Below, piece after piece: positions 27,437 to 38,559 of a DNA stretch of 64,000 bases. This DNA comes from Ylistrum balloti (lineage: Eukaryota), in assembly GCF_031769215.1 (NCBI RefSeq), contig NW_026782472.1:62001-126000 (forward strand). Reading direction: 5' to 3'. The notes under the pieces were generated by a model, which made no database searches, had not been told where the DNA came from, and saw only the letters and a list, made by a program, of their open reading frames with translations. A program made the position numbers and the translations under genes. Within the stretch, counting starts at the first letter, position 1. Every line of letters starts with the position of its first letter.

Positions 27437-28730
27437 TACCTTCAAAATGATAGAGACTTTGATTAACAACAACGTGAATAGGACAAAGAATGATAGTATT
27501 AAAATTCGTTGTCTAATTCACCGACATAATTTGTGAACTTATAAAAAAAATTAAAATAGTTGAACGTTAATTTGTCAGCATAAATGCAAGTTACAGTCTT
27601 GAGATCCACACCAGACAGAAAATTTGAAAGGGACGCCGCTGTTGCTTTTTCATTTATTGACAGTCCAAAACCTCAATTAAGACAGAGAGAGATATGGTGA
27701 TACATTTGTTTATGAAAATAACATAACCGCCTGAAGTTGATTCAAACAAAGTTGTTATATCATCCATTGTCCTTGTTTTAATAGGCAGTCATATTTTATC
27801 TGACTTAACACATCTGTACGCCCTGCTATGATATTACCTTTAGCTGTGTTATCTTTGATGAAATAGTTTAGTGTAAACAGACAAAGCTGTCCAGGGAGTT
27901 TAAAAAAGAAGTCTATAGTCAAAGATAAAAGTTAAAAAAAAGTTAAAGATAAAGTTGTCCTTCATAAACATAAAAGTCGGATATGTTTTAAGGTAGAGAT
28001 AAGCCTCAGACTATATAATATGAACATATTTTAGCCCTAAAAGGTCTCTTTTTCTCCTCTCTTACACATATTGTGCAGTTTTAAGTTTATTTCAATAAAA
28101 TATAGGTATTGAAACTACTAATCGATTGTTAACCGATAGATTGTCTTAATAATCAACAGAATATCTTTCTGCTAAACATCGTCACTCATGTGCTGTGTGT
28201 GGGTTGGGAGCATATTTTTGTATCATGTCACGCACTCAGAGTTAGGTGTTTTTGCAGTAAATCGTTAAAGTTTTCACCCAGGTAAATCTTCACAGTAAAT
28301 TTAGAGAAACATTGCCAAGAAGTTCTTTTAGATAAAATAATCAAAAATCATGTGTTGTTTTGCTATGCATCAAACACTGGACCTTCAGTTTAAAACACAT
28401 TTCTGTGGCGTCAACTCTCATATGAAACAAATGAAAACGCACAACACCACGACAGTGTATTCATGTCCTTGATATCTTTCTGTTAATTTATGGCGCTTTT
28501 GGTATAAGAAAACGAATATACTCTTACGTAAACATGTATATCCAAATATCTCGATTTATTGTTAGTTGTTGCCAGCAAAGATTACAAAATCATATATATT
28601 GTGTTTGACCGCGTCAACATAAACTTACATTTTCAGTTTTGATATACCAGTATTTTACGTCATTCGGACTAGGATTGTACACTGATAAAATACTGCATTT
28701 GATCAGATATTTTACGGCAATTTGTCTTTT

Positions 28731-31014
28731 TTACAGCTTCTTATTCTGCTTTTTCATGTTTGTCGTGAAGATTGCCACTTGCTTATTAGATGTAACAATT
28801 AATTGTCCACTACTATGAAAATCTAGATCACATGGATGGTAGATTGCCGACGGTAGAGACCAGCTATGTAGATACTTGCCGTCGTTTGACAAGACGATTA
28901 CTTTATTTCCATGATAGTCTGCCACCAACACACAATTCTCATCTGTGCAGTGACCCCCGTGGTGACCCCACTTTCTTGGTTCAGGTAAACAGGTTTCTTT
29001 GCATATCTGTCCAGATGTTTTGTCAATGAATAAAAGACTGTTCATGGACCAGTCCGAGATAATATGCCATTGGTTATTACTAGATATCAAGTTGACGTTA
29101 CATCCATCAACCTGGATAGCTGTTCCTCTTTGTCCACTTGTAGTAAACGTTGCCATGCTATTTCGGCCATGAGATGTTGTACCTAGGAAGGTTTCGTCGA
29201 CTGTTCCCGTTAAAAGAGGTGTGATGTTATTACTGCCTATATGAATATCTTTAATTCGTGTTTTGTTTCTGAATAATGTAATATAGCCTCGTCTAGAACA
29301 TGCAACTACGTCTTTAGCACAGGCAACATTCAGAGGACTATCTACTGGTGCACTCCACTCAACAGTCCCATCTATGTTAAAAACACTAATTTTGTTGTTA
29401 TCCCGGTCACTGACTACAAAAGAATTACTATTTACCCATGCCACTGACGTCACCATAGGTTTAAGAGTGTCGGCAGGAGTATCCAGTGAGAAACATCGAA
29501 TCTGTTGGTATCTATTGACAATTGCTGATCCAGATGCAATTATCTTATCACTGGGATTCAGCTTGACATCTTCCTCCTTTTTTACATTAGACTTGCTCAG
29601 ATCGTTTTCTGTAGTGATTGTCAATGGTTTCACATTTGCCGCAAGGGTTTGGATACTTGTTTTATTTTGTGAATGAAGCACCTCTTTTTTATCCTCATAT
29701 CTAGAAGCATCCAGTCCAGCCTGTTTCTTTCCGCTTGTAAATTGCTTAGTTTTGGTGTCCTTAGATTTATTCGATTTTGCATGCGTTGTTATCTTAGGCT
29801 GTGTCGTTTTGCTACTATTTTGAGATTGGTCGCTGCATTTGACAAGTATTGGCTTCTTTTGTTCGTCTGATTTACTCTGATTAATCTCCGGAGGAGAAGG
29901 AACAGGGTTCGTTTCAGTTACGTCTTCCTCGATGATTTGTCGAAATTCGATGCTTGTCAAATTTGCAAGACAAATTGAATCCATTAGAGAAGTTTGGAAT
30001 TTTACATCCAGCGACTGTGTCTCTAGACAATCGGATGGGCGATCGATGGCTGTTAAAGATGAAAGCTTCTTGAGAAGCAAATCTTCAATAGGTAATATAT
30101 GTAATGCATTAGCACCACAAATGAGGGTTTCACATAGCTCCAGTGATGGCTCGATCTTTTCCAAATAAGCAGCTACTTCTACTTTTTGTGTTGTCAGTTT
30201 TTGTTTAATGTCTGCAAGTTCTGATGACGCCATTTCCTTTGCTTCTTTTCCCTTCTGATCTATGACAGTTTTTAGCTTGTCACAAAGACTTTGAACCTTT
30301 TTCGGAATTTCTACCTCTTTCTTCTCGATCTCTTGGATACCATTTTCAACGAACTGTTGTACGGTCATTGCTTGGCGTAGACAGGGTTGAAGTTCAGTGA
30401 ACATCCGATCGATGTCTTTTCTTTTCGAAGTCTTAAGAGCTTCTTGTTTTGTTATAATCTTGTGATCATTTCCGTGACTTACTAAACACTGCTCACAAAC
30501 CGGCATTGGGCATGATCTACAGAAATACTGTATCTGTGTATCAGGATGGTCACCACAGGTAAAGAGGCGATTTTTTAGTATAATGTCGTCGTTCTTGCCT
30601 GCCTTTAAGTCTTTTCTTTTGATAACTTGATGGTTAAACGTCAATCTTGTGAAGGTATGATGCTCCGCGCACTTGTTACACAACATGTCACCACAATCTA
30701 CGCAATAATGTGTGGCATTTTTCTTAACATCTCTGAACCGACACACGATACAAATATGTTTATCTGTCTTCAATAGATGCAGTTCCACAAGTCTGGATAT
30801 GTAGGTATTTCTATTAAGTACAGACCTTCTCTCGTCGTCAGAACCAAAGACGGCATGACAAATGAAACAACTGAATCGGCCGTTGCTGTCTTGTGTTTTC
30901 ATGGTAATACAGTCATGGCAAAACGTGTGTAAGCATGGTAATATGTGAGGATTTTTAAAGATATTTTTTACAAATTTTACACTCTAATTCATTGATTTTC
31001 CCGTCCGACGCCAT
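28731..31014 (-). CDS. TRIM-C: paralog of TRIM-A, ~760 aa if a +1 frameshift in the RING is corrected; otherwise RING-truncated or pseudogene
   Basis: ATG at 31014 gives MASDGKINELECKIC. An A6 run (30969-30964) then shifts the frame; removing one A gives KNIFKNPHILPCLHTFCHDC, continuous with the 723-aa ORF. Shares HYCV.C.DMLC.KC..H.TFTRLT.NH, SPLNVAC and HI.SDW with TRIM-A. Acceptor cttttag precedes 31071. Confidence 0.88.
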
Positions 31015-31430
31015 GCCATGTAATGCACTATTGTTGTTGTGTCGAGTTTAAAATCTGATATGACTTCCAGCCTAAAAGCAAGAATAAAAAATGATTAAAA
31101 AATCAATGAACAATGATATTTTTGCGTTTTTTAAAGCCATCAATATCGAATGAAGCACAGTTTATCCTTAGATGTCATATTCGTCAAGACTTCTTTTATG
31201 ACACACTGTATGACGTCACGTAAATATATTTCACGAAGCGTGTTACATGTCGGACTCAATAAGACCTACTTAAGTATCAACTCGACACCACAGCAAGTAC
31301 CTGTTGTAACTAAACACATGCCATTAACACTTGCAATGTAGTATTTTATCTCGTTTTAAATTGCAACGACATAATAACTGACGATAACATATGTAAATTG
31401 AAGTAACATAGGAAAATATGACATACATTT

Positions 31431-31757
31431 CAGATGTTTTTATGAAACACTATGCCCCCGGTTTTAACAAAACAATGAAGTTTAACATGTACTGTATAAG
31501 GCTTTGTGAAATACTGATGTCTTCACTGTGGTAATAATTATTTTACTTTCAAATGTAGGTAAAGGTCACGGTCAAGACCACATGGTAAAAATTCTTGATA
31601 CCACCAGAAAGGTCTTGTCACAAGCAATACACATGCTAAATATGAAAACCCTACCTTTTATGATGCAATAGTTATGGGCGAGGTTAATGTTGACAACAGA
31701 CACACAGACAGCATTAAAAGAAATACGCCCTCGATCTTTCGATTCGGGAGCATAAAC
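31431..31757 (+). mobile_element. HINE/pearl-like (Helentron-associated) non-autonomous element in the 5'UTR intron of TRIM-C
   Basis: gaaacactatgccccc at the 5' side. Core aaggtcacggtcaag...gaaaggtcttgtcacaagcaatacacatg..aaatatgaaa. Short (ACAG)-like tract, then a 3' stem cgccctcgatctttcgattcgggagcata. Layout recalled from bivalve repeats. Confidence 0.65.
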
Positions 31758-31810
31758 AGGAATGATATGTGACAAAGTCACAGTTTCAAACCCGCCTGTA
31801 ACTGGCTTAC

Positions 31811-32003
31811 CTTTGACTCTCTATAACATCCGATAATGCCCGAGTAACACAAGTACTCCATGCATCGGAAATTATCTACAACAAACATGTTTGCGATTAC
31901 TCTTATCGGTGCATATCCATGTCACGTGGTTTTTCCTTTAGATAATGGGCTGCAACCACAGTAGTACCAGGAACATATCACAGGCACATAGTAACTAAAA
32001 CTG
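31811..32003. promoter_or_regulatory. Putative compact bidirectional promoter with divergent non-coding first exons of TRIM-C and TRIM-D
   Basis: Minus-strand donor AAG|GTAAGC (exon end 31811) and plus-strand donor CTG|GTAAGT (exon end 32003). E-box GTCACGTG at 31921-31928 lies between them. Confidence 0.55.
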
Positions 32004-32864
32004 GTAAGTTGATACTTCGGATCGAGGACGGCAGTGTTTCAGTTATCTTCTGTGTTCATTATTTGCTGGAGTTATTTTCGCTCATGAGTTGTATGTGCTT
32101 GTTGTTGAGCTTTTTACACTGTCTCACAAAAACACCGAGACTTGATTACTTATGTAATGCATATATATATATTATATTTCCAACTCACATTATTCATTAA
32201 TGTCGCATTGCATATATGTAGAGTTCTTAATGATTCATTTGTAGTAGACAATCAAACTGTCATGTGTGCTCCGGTTGCACATGTATACCTGCATGTAACG
32301 ACATGTTGTCGATACGTTATATCACTAACTGTTTGTAAAGCAAACATATTCCACGATTCAGATAAATGTGTAAGCGATATCAGTTACCTGAGGTCATACA
32401 TATGTGGTATGATGTATTCTCGTGTTAATAGCACGAGTAATATTTCTGAAGAACAATCGATGTCTAAAATAGATCAGATATTCCAATTTGTGTCTGATAT
32501 AAAGGAGCTAATAGACCAGAACACGAGTATGTTGTATTGTATTATACCTTTTAGTCTGGTATAAAACTACCTGATCAATATTAGGAATATATTTCTTCAC
32601 AAGCATGTATTTATGTGTTCTGACTTGCTTTACACCGTAATGTAAGTACTTTAATATATTGCACCTTTTGATTTTGATAAACTAACTTGAAATATTGTGT
32701 TCGTGTTCTGGACACATCATGACAAATGACAGATCAAATCTACTAATAGATGCTTTATTAACCTGTACCAATTCAGTAAGTATACTCATAAAGGGGAATG
32801 TTTAAATATAATATGAGAAGCCACGGTGACACTGATTTTTTTTCCAGATCGCATCAACAGCAGT

Positions 32865-34856
32865 ATGGCGGAGTTGTCGTTAACAATCGAAGAAGAATTT
32901 CTTACCTGTAAGATTTGCCTAGAGTTCTACGTTGATCCAAAGGTTCTTCCTTGCTTACATACCTTTTGTCTCAGCTGTATAAGCAGTCACTTTGACAAAA
33001 CACGGAAAGGATGCAAGGCATTATGTCCTCTTTGCAGGGCGACGTTTGAAGTACCGGGCTGCCAACCGGCAAATATTAAATCTAACTTTTACATAAACAG
33101 TTTATCTGAAGTTATTAACACGAAAAAGAAAAGCACAAAGAGCTGCACATTTTGTGAAATGAAGAACGTGATATCCGCTTGTAGGTGGATATGCATTACG
33201 TGTATGGACTATCTATGTGAAGCATGTAAACAAAATCATCAGGGTACACGAGTAACTTTTGACCATCAAACTATATCGATTGAGCAGCTTATGAGTGGTG
33301 TTTATGATCAAGTGATCCGCAAAAAAACTGATATTCCTTGCCTCGATCATGACAATGAAAAAGTCAGATTCTTTTGTGAGACATGTTCACAACTAGTTTG
33401 CCTTGATTGCGTCTTGTTAAAACACAGGGACCATACATATCGTTCACCTGCTGATGCAATGAAGATTAGACGTACAGATATGGAACAAAAAATAAGTAAA
33501 GCACAGGCTCAAATGAAGATATATGAGGAAAATAAGAACTTCATTACCGATTTACTGTCAGAAATAGATAAATCGGAAATTAGCCAAATTGCGTCTTTGA
33601 AAACATTTTGTAAAACCCTGAAAGACGCTATTGATCAGAAAATGAACGAGACTGAGAAAACGGTTCGAGTGATATCTGAAGAGTCGAGGAGAAGTCTTGG
33701 AGAACGCAAAACACTTATCGATGAAGATATCCAAACACTTAAGGAACCATTAGAACTTTGCAAAGATCTCTTAGAAAATGGGCGAGATGAGGAGATTCTG
33801 TACTTTCGTGAAAGCTTTGAAGATCGTCTACAAACCCCGATCACACATGCTAACTTGCGGAGAGATCTACACTGGACAAAGGTTGAAGTGTCTATGTCAG
33901 AAACAATAGAACAGCTGATAAAGGAAAAGTCGGTGCAAAGCACATTGGAGCAAGAAGTCTTCACTGAGAACAGAATTCCTTGTATGGAAATGACAGCATC
34001 TGAAATTGGCGGTAACGAAGATTCACCAAGGAGTCTTCTCGTCACCGAGCATCCGTCAGCTCCGAATTTTCACTCTCTGACGCAACCTTATGTCAACGGA
34101 GGGAAATATCGTCTGATAAAGACATTTAACTGTTACATTGGATACGGAAGCGAATTCGTCCCGGAGCCAACTGGTGTGGCATGGATTACCAGTCAGCGAA
34201 TTGCTGTGTGTGACGCGGAGAACAAACAGCTAAAGGTGTTTACTAGAAATGGGGAAACCGATTGGTTCATAGATATCAAAGTAACACCAATTGGTTTATC
34301 TGTGGTGGAAGGCAAAATTGCGATAGCAGTGTCTGACGGCGTGTTGATCTATCAAAACGACACGAGAGTTGGACTGATCAAATGCAAGGCCGATGCATTC
34401 CGTTACATTGCATCCACTTCCTTAGAAATACTCCTGTTTGGGACGGACGGGGACGAGGTCAGAAGATATGATAGCAAGGGAAAGCGCCAAGGAACAATTC
34501 GGCTAGAAGCAGCCTTACAACCAATGGCAGTGTCTTGTAACGATAGAATATTAGTCGTATCAGACAAACGAAGATCTGAAGCTGTGATATTTAATTACGA
34601 GGGTAAAAAAATGAGGAGTGTTCAACGGAACCAAACCAGCTGGTTGGCCGATGCGCATTGTCTACAGAATGATAGGGTGCTCATGGTAAACAAACAATCC
34701 AGCAAGGTAGTGATCCTCCAAGATGGCGCCAAATACCTTGGAGGATGGTCAACGGAGCCGGAAATAACAAAACCCTGCTGCATTGACTACCATTCAGACG
34801 GTTTCTTGGTTATCGGAGGAGCCGGTGGTAATATTGCAGTGTATCAATTTATCTGA
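32865..34856 (+). CDS. TRIM-D: paralog of TRIM-B, ~663 aa, single coding exon
   Basis: RING CKIC..PKVLPCLHTFCLSC..CPLCR. Shares KSNFYINSL, GRDEEILYF and the end C.DYH.DG.LVIGG with TRIM-B. Acceptor ttttttccag precedes 32848 and the ATG is at 32865; the ORF-track start at 32826 is intronic. Confidence 0.93.
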   Translation: MAELSLTIEEEFLTCKICLEFYVDPKVLPCLHTFCLSCISSHFDKTRKGCKALCPLCRATFEVPGCQPANIKSNFYINSLSEVINTKKKSTKSCTFCEMKNVISACRWICITCMDYLCEACKQNHQGTRVTFDHQTISIEQLMSGVYDQVIRKKTDIPCLDHDNEKVRFFCETCSQLVCLDCVLLKHRDHTYRSPADAMKIRRTDMEQKISKAQAQMKIYEENKNFITDLLSEIDKSEISQIASLKTFCKTLKDAIDQKMNETEKTVRVISEESRRSLGERKTLIDEDIQTLKEPLELCKDLLENGRDEEILYFRESFEDRLQTPITHANLRRDLHWTKVEVSMSETIEQLIKEKSVQSTLEQEVFTENRIPCMEMTASEIGGNEDSPRSLLVTEHPSAPNFHSLTQPYVNGGKYRLIKTFNCYIGYGSEFVPEPTGVAWITSQRIAVCDAENKQLKVFTRNGETDWFIDIKVTPIGLSVVEGKIAIAVSDGVLIYQNDTRVGLIKCKADAFRYIASTSLEILLFGTDGDEVRRYDSKGKRQGTIRLEAALQPMAVSCNDRILVVSDKRRSEAVIFNYEGKKMRSVQRNQTSWLADAHCLQNDRVLMVNKQSSKVVILQDGAKYLGGWSTEPEITKPCCIDYHSDGFLVIGGAGGNIAVYQFI

Positions 34857-35400
34857 ACCAGCGTTGTACACGGAAATTTTATGAACTTTTATGCTGAATT
34901 CATTTAGACGTCGTGATTTTCTTGTGTGCTAGGACAAATGACAACTATATCGTCCGTATTAGTATTTTTTTCTCCTACAGATAACTGTCGGTATGTTTAT
35001 GTATCAAATGAAAAGTGAATATGTTTGAGAAAACCAGAGCCAAAGCTCTTATTTTTTAATTTTTGTTTGCATTAAAATAGCATCTTTAACCACATAATAA
35101 CTATAATACAACACTTTAGAAAAGAATTTGAAAGTGGAAGACACAAAAAACGACGCAGGTCTTTGAGTAATGTATTACATGCTAACTTTACACTGAATTT
35201 TTCTACGCATTTATGTGTTTGAACTACATATGAAATGTAGACAATATTGGTGTATGTTATTATATATTACATGAATCGCAGACAGCTTTTGTGTATGGGT
35301 ATATTATTACATGTAAATTATACACATTAGTGTAAGTGTTTATGTGTTTTATATATTATTTGAATTGTAGATAATATTTGTGTATGGAAACTGTATTTTA

Positions 35401-35780
35401 TGCTAACTGTACACAGTACTGTTATACGTGTGTATGTGTTTTGTATTACATGTGAATTGTAGACAGTAATGGTGTAGAGGTTATATACATGCTAACTTGT
35501 ACACAGTACTGTTATACGTGTGTATGTGTTTTGTATTACATGTGAATTGTAGACAGTAATGGTGTAGAGGTTATATACATGCTAACTTGTACACAGTACT
35601 GTTATACGAGTGTATGTGTTTTGTATTACATGTGAATTGTTGACAGTAATGGTGTAGAGGTTATATACATGCTAATTTGTACACAGTACTGTTATACGTG
35701 TGTAGGTGTTTTGTATTACATGTGAATTGTAGACAGTAATGGTGTATAGGTTATACACATGCTAACTGTACACAGTACCT
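35401..35780. repeat. 90-bp tandem repeat, ~4 copies, plus degenerate upstream copies from ~35170
   Basis: gctaac(t)tgtacacagtac recurs at 35402, 35491, 35581, 35671 and 35761. Confidence 0.9.
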
Positions 35781-36479
35781 TTTGTACGTGTTTGTGTTGC
35801 ATAATACCCTCTTGAGTTTGTATATCAGACAAGTAATCTTATACGGTCTACTGTTATTTGACTATCAAATACATGTGATCGAATGAACACAATGACACTA
35901 CAGCAGTGAGTTGTAACACCCAATTTTTTAATATGACGCTGATTTAATTGATTTTAATATGTTTATGGAGGTAGAAACCTCTTGTATTATCAATAATATG
36001 ACAAGGTAAGAAAATACCGGTACTAATTAACAATGATATAGCTCCGATACAAAACTGATTCGAAATGTCAGCAGCTGTGTAATTTAGTACAATAGCTTTC
36101 TATAAACGTTTATTACCGTAAATAGATAATATTTTTCCATTGAAAGGAATTCTACTACGAAAATGACATTTATCTGATAAAAATAACATCTACACGTAAA
36201 ACCCCAATAAAACCGTGTAAAATATATTTATATTATCAGCATTGTTATAAGAGGTCGAGGAAGAAGAATCAGCTTTTTTCGCATGAGAGTAGTGTGTAAA
36301 GGTATGTTTGTATTTCAGCATTTACTGATTTTGACGCTTTGAAGAGTCTGCTCCCAGTGTTGTTAAGTGATTTTCAAAATGTTATATGGATGCCTTTAAA
36401 GTGCATGAATAAACATTAAAGACTTTGTCTTCTATCATCAATCAGCGTTTGATTTTTCTGTAACAAGTAAGATATGATT

Positions 36480-37080
36480 TCTCTATCTTAACAAGGGTGT
36501 GATTTCTGTCAGATATAGGATATGATTTCTCAATCACAGCAATGGGGTGATTTCTCTGTCACAGCAAGGGTGTGATTTCTCTGTCACATCAAGGGTGTGA
36601 TTTCTCTGTCACATCAAGGGTGTGATTTCTCTGTCACAGCAAGGGTGTGATTTCTCTGTCACATCAAGGGTGTGATTTCTCTGTCACAGCAAGGGTGTGA
36701 TTTCTCTGTCACATCAAGGGTGTGATTTCTCTGTCACATCAAGGGTGTGATTTCTCTGTCACATCAAGGGTGTGATTTCTGACACGATTTAGATATGATT
36801 TCTCCTTGACAACTATGTATGAGTAACTGTCACAACAAGGGAATGTTTTCGTCACAAATAGGATATGATTCTGTGTCACAACAACGATATGATTTCTCTG
36901 TCACAATAAGCGTGTAATTCTGTCACAAATAGGATATGACTTCTGTCGCAACTAGGTGTGAGTTGTCAGTCACAACCATGCTATGATTCTCTGTCACAAA
37001 TAGTATATTATTTCTGTCGCAGCAACTAGGATATGATTCTTTGTCACAAATAGGATATGATTTCTCTGTCATAACTAGAA
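36480..37080. repeat. 25-bp minisatellite (aagggtgtgatttctctgtcacatc): ~9 near-perfect copies with degenerate flanks
   Basis: Period 25 from ~36560 to ~36780, with catc/cagc variants. No unique spacers. Confidence 0.92.
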
Positions 37081-38559
37081 TATTATTTCAACATTGGGTT
37101 TTATTGCTATACTTTCCAAAAATGTCACTACCAAAATAAGAGAGTGGGAAATCAAAAATTAAGAAAAAAAACTTCCTGGTTGTTAAAAAAATAAAAAGAA
37201 TGCTCAAACTATGATAACATCTCTAAATACAGCTGCCGAACTATTATGTGAAAAATTCCAACAAGCCTGCTGATTCGTTACTAAATTTACTCATAAAGAT
37301 ATGATTTTATATGATATTTCATAAACAATTGGTCCGGTAGTCATTTATTCTAACTATATACATACCACGTGTCTCCATGCTGGGAAGAAAGTCAGATTCG
37401 TATCTTTTCAAGTTATTTTGACGTTTTCATGTACAATATATCGGTGTATATAAAGCCCACACCACATTGATTCCATGTGTATTGTAGGATAATATCAGTT
37501 GATGTAAGTTTAAACTAAAAGTCTATGTATATAGTAAATATGACCAGTTCATTCATGGTTTATGAATAATGTTCATTTTATAAACCTGTCAGTCCTTACA
37601 GGAGTTGATAGCTCTGTGGACATTTTTCGTTGTAACATTGATATTTCCAAGAAGTGTAACCCTTTTCTCCTCAGACTGTATTTTGCACAAGGATTCAGCT
37701 AGTATGTACGCTTTATAGTCTGGATCTAGATCAGACTGAATGTTACCAATGCTAAATTTTAAACTGGTAGACGTAGGCTTAAGTCATACACAAATCCAGT
37801 GGAATCCATGGCTGCAATAGGTTTAACAAAGTTATTTTAGTTTTTAAAATAAGAGACACCAAAGTACAAAATGATTCCACTAAACTCATAAATGCAGTTT
37901 TACATCAGCCACATTATCACATCAAACCTTTTTTTTGCACTGAATGTGCAGTTTACAGGAGATTCTCTTGTTTCACTGGTGTTACAGTTGTTGGACTTAT
38001 TTGTAGACTTTGACACTTTCTTTAGTTTCTGGCCCTTGGTTAGATTTTTTATTTTACTTTTTATGATTAACCTTTGAAGTGATTAGTAATTTTCATTTAA
38101 TAGAATCCAGAATAGAATGGCTGTAAATGTCCATATATATCAACAGTCCAACACTCCGACACCTCTTCCATTTTTCGTCTCATATGTCAATACATTGACT
38201 TCAAACTACAGACTTAGAAACTGATCAGCAATGCATGATTTTACTGAATATATTTCGTAGGACATCTTGCACATGCGTGCCATATGTAAAATGTGTAGTA
38301 TCGATGATGCTTATTGAACTTAAATCATGTGTATGAACTCTAGGTCAATAATACAATTCTTAAATATATTTGCTTCTTTGTGCACAGCTGCCATAGGATT
38401 TGCAGTTACCACTGGAGAGAAATTGTACAAAGGGAGGTAATCCAGCCTTAAACAATTACTTTAAACCAAACTCAGAAATGCATCTACATACATGTTTGCA
38501 AGTTTACATGGGGGTGGGGTGTTGGGGTGTTATGCGTTTGGTCCCTGACACGAGAGTAC

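Noticed and set aside
32142-32564. 140-aa ORF between TRIM-C and TRIM-D
   Set aside because: It is AT-rich with a GTG start and no motif, and lies in the predicted 5'UTR intron of TRIM-D.
9483-34045. Short ORFs antisense to the TRIM genes (e.g. 9483, 9861, 14815, 29374, 33635)
   Set aside because: They are shadow frames of long coding exons and have no domain features.
36480-37080. 25-bp repeat as a CRISPR array or as CRP boxes
   Set aside because: The units are contiguous with no unique spacers and there are no cas genes. The context is eukaryotic, and the palindrome spacing is N8, not the CRP N6.
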